Below are positions 26,501 through 35,349 of a stretch of 64,000 nucleotides of DNA, piece after piece. The DNA comes from Squalus acanthias (Eukaryota), in the NCBI GenBank assembly GCA_030390025.1, contig CM059438.1, forward strand, positions 60,514,001-60,578,000, written 5' to 3'. The translations under genes were made by a program, and so were the position numbers. The notes beneath the pieces are model-generated. The model had not been told where the DNA came from. It saw only the letters and a program-made list of their open reading frames with translations, and did not search any database. The first letter of the stretch is position 1. Each line of letters begins with the position of its first letter.

Positions 26501-28910
26501 GTTCTCTCCATACACACTGCCTGTTCACTCCATTCATACCGACTGTTACTCCATACACACCGCCTGTTCACTCCACACACACCGCCTGTTCACTCCATAC
26601 ACACCGCCTGTTCACTCCATACACACCGCCTGTTCACTCCATACACACCGCCTGTTCACTCCATACACACTGCTTGTTCTCTCCATAGACACCACCTGTT
26701 CACTCCATACGCACCGCCTGTTCTCTCCATACACACCGCCTGTTCTCTCCATACACACCGCCTGTTCTCTCCATACACACTGCCTGTTCACTCCATATAC
26801 ACCGCCTGTTCTCTCCATACACACCGCCTGTTCACTCCATAGACACCGCCTGTTCACTCCATACACACCACCTGTTCTCACCACACACACCGCCTGTTCA
26901 CTCCATACACACCGCCTGTTCTCTCCATACACACCGCCTGTTCACTCCATACACACCGCCTGTTCACTCCATACACACCGCCTGTTCTCTCCATACACAC
27001 CACCTGTTCTCTCCATACACACCGCCTGTTCTCTCCATACACACTGCCTGTTCACTCCATATACACCGCCTGTTCTCTCCATACACACCGCCTGTTCACT
27101 CCATAGACACCGCCTGTTCTCTCCATACACACTGCCTGTTCACTCCATTCATACCGCCTGTTACTCCATACACACCGCCTGTTCACTCCACACACCCCGC
27201 CTGTTCACTCCATACACACCGCCTGTTCACTCCATACTCACCGCCTGTTCACTCCATACACACCGCCTGTTCTCTCCAGACACACCGCCTGTTCACTCCA
27301 TACACACCGCCTGTTCTCACCACACACACCGCCTGTTCACTCCACACACAAAGCCTGTTCTCTCCATACACACCGCCTGTTCTCTCCATACACACCGCCT
27401 GTTCTCTCCATACACACCACCAGTTCTCTCCATACACACCGCCTGTTCTCTCCATACACACCCCCTGTTCCCTCCATACACACCCCCTGTTCTCTCCATA
27501 CACACTGCTTGTTCTCTCCATAGACACCACCTGTTCACTCCATACACACTGCCTGTTCTCTCCATACACACTGCTTGTTCTCTCCATAGACACCACCTGT
27601 TCACTCCATACACACTGCCTGTTCTCTCCATACACACCGCCTGTTCTCACCATAAACACTGCCTGTTCACTCCATATACACCGCCTGTTCACTCCACACA
27701 CACCGCCTGTTCACTCCACACACACCGCCTGTTCACTCCATAGACACCGCCTGTTCACTCCATACACACTGCCTGTTCACTCCATACATACCGACTGTTA
27801 CTCCATACACACCGCCTGTTCACTCCACACACACCGCCTGTTCACTCCACACACACCGCCTGTTCACTCCACACACACCGCCTGTTCTCTCCACACACAC
27901 CGCCTGTTCTCACCACACACACCGCCTGTTCTCACCATACACACCGCCTGTTCACTCCACACACACCGCCTGTTCACTCCATACACACCGTCTGTTCACT
28001 CCATACACACCGCCTGTTCTCTCCATACACACCGCCTGTTAACTCCATACACACCGCCTGTTCTCTCCATACACACCGCCTGTTCTCTCCATACACACCG
28101 CCTGTTCACTCCATACACACTGCCTGTTCTCTCCATACACACCGCCTGTTCTCTCCATACACACCACCTGTTCACTCCATACATACCGCCTGTTCTCTCC
28201 ATACACACCGCCTGTTCACTCCACACACACCGCCTGTTCACTCCACACACACCGCCTGTTCACTCCACACACACCACCTGTTCACTGCATACACACTGCC
28301 TGTTCACTCCATACACACCGCCTGTTCACTCCATACACACTGCCTGTTCACTCCACACACACCGCCTGTTCTCTCCATACACACCGCCTGTTCACTCCAC
28401 ACACACCGCCTGTTCTCTCCATACACACCGCCTGTTCTCTCCATACACACCGCCTGTTCACTCCACACACACCGCCTGTTCACTCCACACACACCGCCTG
28501 TTCACTCCATACACACCACCTGTTCTCTCCATACACACCACCTGTTCTCTCCATACACACCGCCTGTTCTCTCCATACACACCACCTGTTCTCTCCATAC
28601 ACTCCACCTGTTCTCTCCATACACACCGCCTGTTCTCTCCATACACACTGCCTGTTCACTCCATACACACCGGCTGTTCTCTCCATACACACTGCCTGTT
28701 CTCTCCATACACTCCACCTGTTCTCTCCATACACACCACCTGTTCTCTCCATACACACTGCCTGGTCACTCCATACACACCGCCTGGTCACTCCATACAC
28801 ACCGCCTGGTCACTCCATACACACCGCCTGTTCTCAGCGTACACACCGCCTGTTCACGCTAGACGCACCGCCAATTCACTGCAGACACACCGCCTGTTCG
28901 CTCCATACAC
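23552..28910. repeat. 22-bp minisatellite (ccgcctgttcWctccatacaca), ~5.4 kb
   Basis: Tandem units visible throughout; includes a 330-bp (15-unit) block duplication (identical ORFs at 24703 and 25033). Confidence 0.98.
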
Positions 28911-29129
28911 GCTGACTGCCCGACAGTGCGATTCCCACATTTTCCGACTGTTCTCTGATGTCCAGCCTCTGCGGTTCCTGCTGCCCTACTGGAAGGGTAA
29001 ATGTGTGGGACTCGAATGAGGCTGATAATGAGCTCATGCTGTGATGCACTCCATGGTTCAGTAACCTGCTGATACTAACCATCTACATTCAGTTATGACA
29101 AATAGCGACCAGTTGAGTGCTGTCTGAGA

Positions 29130-29515
29130 AATTCATTCTCAGGATTCAGGCGTCGCTGGAAATGCTGGCAGTTATTGAGAAGGTGGTGGTGGGTGTTTTG
29201 ATACAAGTGGCTTGCTGGGCCACTTCAAAGGGCAGTTAAGAGCCAACCACATTGGAGTTACATGTTGGCCAGACCAGGTAAGTGCAGCAGGTTTCATTCC
29301 CTAAAGGGCATAAGTGAGCCAGTTGGGTTTTTATGACAACCCAACAATTTCCTGGCCACTGTTACTGACAGCAGCTTCCTATTTCCAGATTTTGCTAATC
29401 CTGAATACAAATTCACAAACTGCCCTGGTGGGATTACGAACTCTCGTTCTACTGAGATTAATAGTCCAGTCCCTGGATTACTAGTGCAGTAACATAACCA
29501 CTACACCACCATACC
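29130..29515 (-). mobile_element. tRNA-headed SINE with LINE-like 3' tail
   Basis: Minus strand has an A-box-like tggtgtagtgg and a B-box-like gagttcgtaatccc; body matches 8085-8395; tail matches 17870-17945. Confidence 0.7.
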
Positions 29516-29635
29516 TGGGTGAAAAATGAAAGGAAAGTGGGAGAAATTGGGTAATGGGGGCAGGTGAGTCATTCCTTCCTGAGTGACCTGGTTCTGTGTT
29601 TTTTTTTCTCTAATGGGACCGCCGCTAGCTGAGGC

Positions 29636-30175
29636 ATGTCTGAAGAGAAGTCCTGCGATTTAGAGTGCGCCATCTGCTTCAGCATCTACAACAACGTCTT
29701 CAGAACGCCAAAGGTGCTGAACTGCGGCCACACCTTCTGCCTGGAGTGCTTGGCCCGCATGAACATGAAGTCGCAGGAGGCCGATGCCATCAAGTGCCCC
29801 ATGTGTCGCGACCTGACATCGTTGCCCAAGGATGGGCTGCCCAGATTGGGCAACGACCCAGCTGTCCTGTCCGGCCTGCCGGAGGCGATGCAGAGGATGT
29901 ACAGCATCCGCTTCAACCGAAACAAAGGGAAGCTTTTCGTGAAGAAGGGGCAGAGCTCCCAGACAAAGAAGAAGAAAGTCAAGGCGTTCTTCATCCGCAC
30001 AGTGAGTCAGAGCCTGGACGTGGGTCACCCAGCCGAACAGGACAGTCACAGGGAGCAAGGCAAGAGCTGCTGGTGTTGGGCTCACAACAAGTACACTTGC
30101 GCCGTGTCTATTATTGTTATCCTGCTGGTTATGGGTCTTCTCATCAGTTCCATTTGGGTGTTTATGGTCTATTAG
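29636..30175 (+). CDS. RING-finger (C3HC4) E3 ubiquitin ligase with C-terminal TM helix, RNF183/RNF223/RNF225-like family; single coding exon
   Basis: CAIC...CGHTFCLEC...CPMC; hydrophobic C-terminus AVSIIVILLVMGLLISSIWVFMVY; high GC3; ATG in gaggcATG preceded by a pyrimidine tract and ctag (possible acceptor). Orthology not resolved. Confidence 0.9.
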   Translation: MSEEKSCDLECAICFSIYNNVFRTPKVLNCGHTFCLECLARMNMKSQEADAIKCPMCRDLTSLPKDGLPRLGNDPAVLSGLPEAMQRMYSIRFNRNKGKLFVKKGQSSQTKKKKVKAFFIRTVSQSLDVGHPAEQDSHREQGKSCWCWAHNKYTCAVSIIVILLVMGLLISSIWVFMVY

Positions 30176-30619
30176 CCATCGAAGGGCAGCGGATATAATC
30201 CGCCCAAAAGTCACCACCAGCAGTGGTAATTAATCACAGCTTCCCGCACCAATTCATTCAACACCTCAAAGCGACCAGAAATAGGAACTTCATGGAGAAT
30301 GACAATTCCTGGTGTGCATGGAAAAGGATATTCAGACTACCGAATTTGCTGGAGCATTGACATGGATTGCAATTGTATTTCTATCTTATGTATCTTCTAA
30401 GTACAGGCCACCATGTATATAATGTCATTTTCACATGCTCTATATCTGATTTTACTTTTGTTAAATCAATCACGCTGAAGCTAACAGGTTCCAAGTATTT
30501 TAAGTGATGACCAAGATCCTGCGAAGGCGTTCTCTGCACCGTTCTCCATCTGCTGGGTACCTGCATTACTCAACTCCTGTCTAAAAAACACTCCCAGTGT
30601 GAGGAAGTGATTAAAAGGA

Positions 30620-30867
30620 AGAATATCCAAAACAAAGTAGCGGCCAATACAAATTAGTGTCCAACACAAAGTAATGTCCAACACAGAGTAATATCCAATA
30701 TAAAGTAGTGTCAAACATAAAAGTCATGTCCAATACAATGTAGTGTCCAACACAAAGTAGTTTCCGACATAAATGAGTGTCCAACATAAAGTGTATCCAA
30801 TGTAAAGTAGTGTCCAAAATGAACTAGTGTCCATCATAAAGTTGTGTCCAACACAAAGTAGTGTCCA
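30620..30867. repeat. Diverged 17-bp satellite units (same family as 35350-64000)
   Basis: aaagtagtgtccaacac-type units, about 14 copies. Confidence 0.9.
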
Positions 30868-31906
30868 TTCTCACCCGACGGCGGGACATTACTCAGCGGC
30901 CACTACACTACAAAAGTTATTACCCGTTTGCTGGTGGCCTGAAATGGAGCAGCATGTGGAGCAATATGTTAATCGCTGCCTGCCTTGCTTACAAACAAAC
31001 CCTCCTTCATGTTCTAATCGTGCCTTGCTTAGGTCACAGCCCCCTCCCGAGGGACCATGGACACACCTACAGATTGATTTTATTGGCCCGTTCACAAAAT
31101 CCAAGGGTAACTACGAGTACGCGTTTGTGGTAATTGATCAGTTCACTAAATGGATCGAGGCATTTCCCACAAGAAACAATAAAGCGCGCACTGCTGCCCA
31201 AATTCTCCTGAATGAGGTGTTCTGTAGGTGGGGATTACCACTACAAGTGGATAGTGATCCGGGTCCACACTTCACAGGGGAAATTTTCACAACCCTACAA
31301 GAAATGTTACAGATAAAACATAAATTGCACATTGCGCACCATCCACAATCATCAGGGATTGTGGAGAGGGGGAATCGAACTTTAAAAACAATGCTGCGGA
31401 AGCTGTGTACAGAACAGCCCACTCAATGGGCTAACATGCTGCCCTTATGTTTGATGGCAATACGTTCTACCCCACACGGGACTACGAGGGTAAGTCCATA
31501 TGAGGCTATGACTGGGAGACAAATGCTGATACCAGGACACGTAACATTGGGAACTAACACACCATTAAAGTTACAACCCTGTAGCCAAAAATGGTTACAA
31601 ACCTTGATAGATCATATGGACGAGGTGAACAGGCTAGTGGCCATTAACACAGGCAAAGCGCGTGAACAAATCAAGCGATATTATGATAAGAGGGTAAAAC
31701 CATTTGAGTATGAGGTTGGGGACCAGGTAATGTTACAAAATTTCTCTCCAAAAAAACACTCGTTCCAGGTAAAATGGACAGGCCCTCATACCATAGTAGA
31801 TAAATTAAATCCAGCTGTGTATCTACTGAATGTTCCATATGGTCTGAAGGGAGAACCTGAACTAAAGTGGTTCCATGTCAATCAGATGAAAACGGTTAAG
31901 AATTAA
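30866..31906 (+). mobile_element. Retroviral/Ty3-Gypsy-type integrase, 5'-truncated pol end, reading frame open
   Basis: HHCC finger (HSHPTAGH...CLPC), DDE core (QIDFIGP, VDSDPGPHF, SGIVERGNRTLK) and GPY/F-like WTGPHTIV. Confidence 0.93.
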
Positions 31907-31909
31907 GAT

Positions 31910-31932
31910 GTTACATTTTGGTCTACCCACAG
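31910..31932 (+). promoter_or_regulatory. Putative env splice acceptor
   Basis: ttacattttggtctacccacAG located 7 nt upstream of the env ATG, between the pol stop and env. Confidence 0.55.
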
Positions 31933-31939
31933 GTTAAAG

Positions 31940-34514
31940 ATGTGTCTCTGTATACTGATATCGATGTTTTTATGTGCAGCAAGCTCTACGGAGGTAACAA
32001 AAACTTTTGACATTACCATCAACATCTGTACATTGGATCAAGGAGGCGAATGCCCTCCACTCCCCATCTATGGAACGGAACCTCAAATTATTGGCGGTCA
32101 TAAACAATCAAAGAACCATAGTGGTTCACCTGAGGCATATGGTGGGGATGTTCTGGTTTGGATCAGAAACAGTACAAAAGATAATGTAACAACAACATAT
32201 GTGACGGGTTGTGGTACACTACAAGAAAAAGTGTATAGTTGGGAAATAAAAGAAGGGTATGGTGTGTGTATCAGGTGCGGGATAAGGAACAAAATAGGCC
32301 TAAATGCGTGGAAATTCCTGAGGAAGAATAATGGAATCTGGGAACAGGTACAAGAATCAAACCAGGGCCCAGTAGCTTCAGAGAGTAAGGAATACATACA
32401 ATTATGTTGGCCTCGGTGGTGAAAGAAACATACTGGGCAGTATTCTTGTATTGGGTCAAATATAATCTTGGACCTTAAAAATCAGAAGTCGCACAACACC
32501 AGGTTATAGTCCAATAACCTGGTGTTGTGCGACTTCTCACTTTTGTCCACCCCAGTCCAACACCGGCATCTCCGCATCTTAAAAATCAGGGTGATGACTG
32601 GCCTCCTATCTCTGAAGGTAATACCAAGATTACCACAACAGGGGATGAACCCTTTATGACAACCTTTAGACATTGGGGAAATTATAGAGACCCCGAGAAC
32701 AAGGATAGCAGCATAGCAGAATTCAAAAATGCGATAACCGGATGTGTAAGGGAGGATGGGTGTTTCTGTAGCGTTAGGCTCACACCCTATGAGAAAACAA
32801 ACCATTCAGAACCCCAAGAGTGAGTACTCGAGAAACAATGTCCCCACTTAAAACCGGGACCCGGGAATGGTCTTGTAATTATCCCTACCTATAAAGCAGT
32901 GTATCATCAAGTTATACCAGAAGTGGCCCCTGTTATCCTCAATTTAACAGACCTAATACTACCAAGGTGGTGCCCTGACAAAACAGCGCAATTAACTCAA
33001 AGAATGCTGCAGCAGGTTTTTAGCCAATACTGGGAAAAGGCGACTTTGTCGACGAGCATAGAGAAAACAGAAGGGGCCTTCCACCATGAGCCAGGAAAAG
33101 CCAGGGAAAGAGTAGGCGGAGAAGAGGATTGATAAATGATGGGCTCACGGGTTTCAACACAGTAACCTCAGGAGTTAACTCAATGGACTCTGCAGATTTA
33201 CAGAGACAGTTACAAGCCGTAAGGGAGAAATTGAAGGAGATACTCAGTAAGGAAAACAGTATAGAAAGCGAGGAGCTAAGGGAGGATCAGGTAATGACCA
33301 TACACCTGCGGGACATCATACACGAGATAGAAGATCACGTCAAAAGAATTCATGATCTGATTAGAGAAAACAGAAATGCCTCTGATCAAGCAGCCCATAA
33401 TGACGTATGCGTTATGTATGGGAATTGGCTGGTCGAACAAACTAGAGAAAACCTTCAGACCATCAATAAGGGACATCTCCCCACTTGAGTCACTAATAAA
33501 CAGTTATCAGGGCTAGCCAGCTATTACGATGATGCAGAACTATGTAAGATCAGAAGTTTAATTAGGATCCACCCTGTCAAACACGAATGCCACGAGGTAG
33601 GGAGTCAAAGGTTGATGGGGCTAATGCTACAAATTCCTAGTCTAATGAATCGAACCAGGCCCAACCCCCTATTTAGAATAGAGAACATAGGAGTAGGAAA
33701 AGGAAATACCATTAACCGATTGCTCATGGCACCACAATGGTTAGTACAGTTAGAAAAACTAACATGGATTGAACCAAACCTACAAAGATGTAGTACAAAT
33801 GTGGATGCCCTTGTTTGCCCACACAGTTTGTACGATCATTCAAAGGACACCTATGGGTATGGTTGGAATGAAGAAAGGTTAAACTGTACTATGGAGGTAA
33901 CAGGTCCATCAGATGTAAAAACTAGAACAGCTTATGTACTAGAAGGGAGGTATTGTTTTACCACTTTAGAAAACTCTTATAATCACGGAGCACTCAAATG
34001 TTCAATAACCCCAGGGACCTACTGTATCACACCTACTAAGACTACGGTAATAGGAGGAAGAATTCTTCTTGCAGTGGCCTCACATGACCAGCAGGTATTA
34101 CAAGTAGAAGATGATTTAAATATAAATCTAGACGATTATGTCACTAAATTCGGATATGATATCCCTGAGCTGCCTGAAGCCTTAATCGAATTAATAAATC
34201 AAATGAGCACCTCGCAACACCATTATTATAAACTGGTGCACGGAAATAAAGCCATAGCCAAGAAAACTCCAGATATAGAAGATCAAACACACTGGTGGAA
34301 CTTAGGGATGAACATGGAAATTCCTCCTTGGATTAAGATAATTTCCCATATATTGGTCATAACCCAACTCATAGTACTGATATGCTTACTATTCTACACC
34401 TGCTACTTGAGACACCTAACGTACAAAACCCGATCACGTTTAAACATAATCACAGCCCAGAATATCTTAGAGTTACGTAAGCGTGGGAGAGCAAACCCAT
34501 ATGTAAGATTTTAG
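31940..34514 (+). pseudogene. env: env-like class I fusion glycoprotein gene of the ERV-like element, decayed
   Basis: Signal peptide MCLCILISMFLCAAS; furin site SRRRR/GLINDGLTGFNTVTSGVN (33114-33125); heptad repeat; Cys-rich region; TM IISHILVITQLIVLICLLFYTCYL. Lesions: TGA at 32420, 32821 and 33486, a 104-bp insertion, and a frameshift shortly before 33110. Confidence 0.85.
32486..32577. mobile_element. Penelope-like element terminal fragment inserted in env
   Basis: 12-bp TSD cttaaaaatcag (32474-32485, 32578-32589); 24-bp perfect inverted repeat; homologous to 18079-18184. Confidence 0.8.
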
Positions 34515-34557
34515 TTTTGAAGGGTCGGCAAAATGCCTCTCCCTCAAGGTAGGGATC

Positions 34558-35328
34558 TGTAGGATAGAGTGTACCTGTAGGATTTAGTAAACATTGTTAA
34601 GATTTTGTAACCATTGTTAAATAACTGTAATATGTGAAATTGTAGGTTAAAAACCTAAAATGCCTGTATAAAATGGCAAACGGCTGAGAAGCAAAGCAGG
34701 ATGGGAAATTATGCCAACCTGGCTAACTCTGTTAGAATATGCTGAAGTCATGGAATGTTATGTTAAGTAAACCAAGAGACTGCAGGAGACATGGAATTCA
34801 GTAATGTTACGAAGAAGAGTTAAGAGCTAGAGAAGAGAGATAGGAGTTAGAAACAGTCTTCACTAAGAAACTGCAGAATAGACAAACTGTTTAGAAAATA
34901 CCTCAAGAATGTTCTGTAAAGTGAAATTCTGAGATAAGAGTATCTTGTTATGCACAGAAAGAGGACCAGTGGGGTTAACAAGGTCATAAGGTGACTGGCA
35001 AGGAGAGGGGGAATGATTACCAGGTGTCAGAGAGCTCATTACTGCCACATAGGCAAAACGGAGGAAAAAGGGTATAAATATCCAGGTATTGAACGTCGAA
35101 AGCAGCGCGAAGCCAAAGGAAGAGGAAACTTCAGTCAGCAGAACACAGCAAGAGAATAAAGAGAGCGCGCCACAGTCACTAGGAAGGAATGCCAGGGTTC
35201 GATGAACAGACTGCGACTATCATCTTCTTAAGAATGACTTCTTTGGACTGGATGTTTAATACTTAATAAACCTGTTTTACTTATATACAATATACTTCTA
35301 CCCGGAGTGGTTGGAGTAGTCAGAGACA
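34558..35328 (+). repeat. Probable 3' LTR with preceding PPT
   Basis: Purine tract aaggtaggga (~34546-34555) then TGT at 34558; TATAAA 35073-35078; AATAAA at 35155 and 35265; candidate ACA end at 35328 (right boundary uncertain). No 5' LTR in the window. Confidence 0.65.
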
Positions 35329-35349
35329 AATTATTCTAAAAAGCATCAA

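Noticed and set aside
23552..28910. CRISPR-like or coding interpretation of the regular repeats
   Set aside because: Units are head-to-tail with no unique spacers, there are no cas genes, and the context is eukaryotic.
29425..29515. Possible tRNA gene
   Set aside because: A/B-box-like motifs belong to a repeated SINE head; I could not fold a convincing cloverleaf.
29660..30217. Overlapping alternative-frame and antisense ORFs on the RING gene
   Set aside because: By-products of GC-rich codon usage; no recognisable motifs.
30827..30865. N-terminal 13 codons of the 359-aa integrase ORF
   Set aside because: Derived from satellite units with a GTG start; not a real initiation site.
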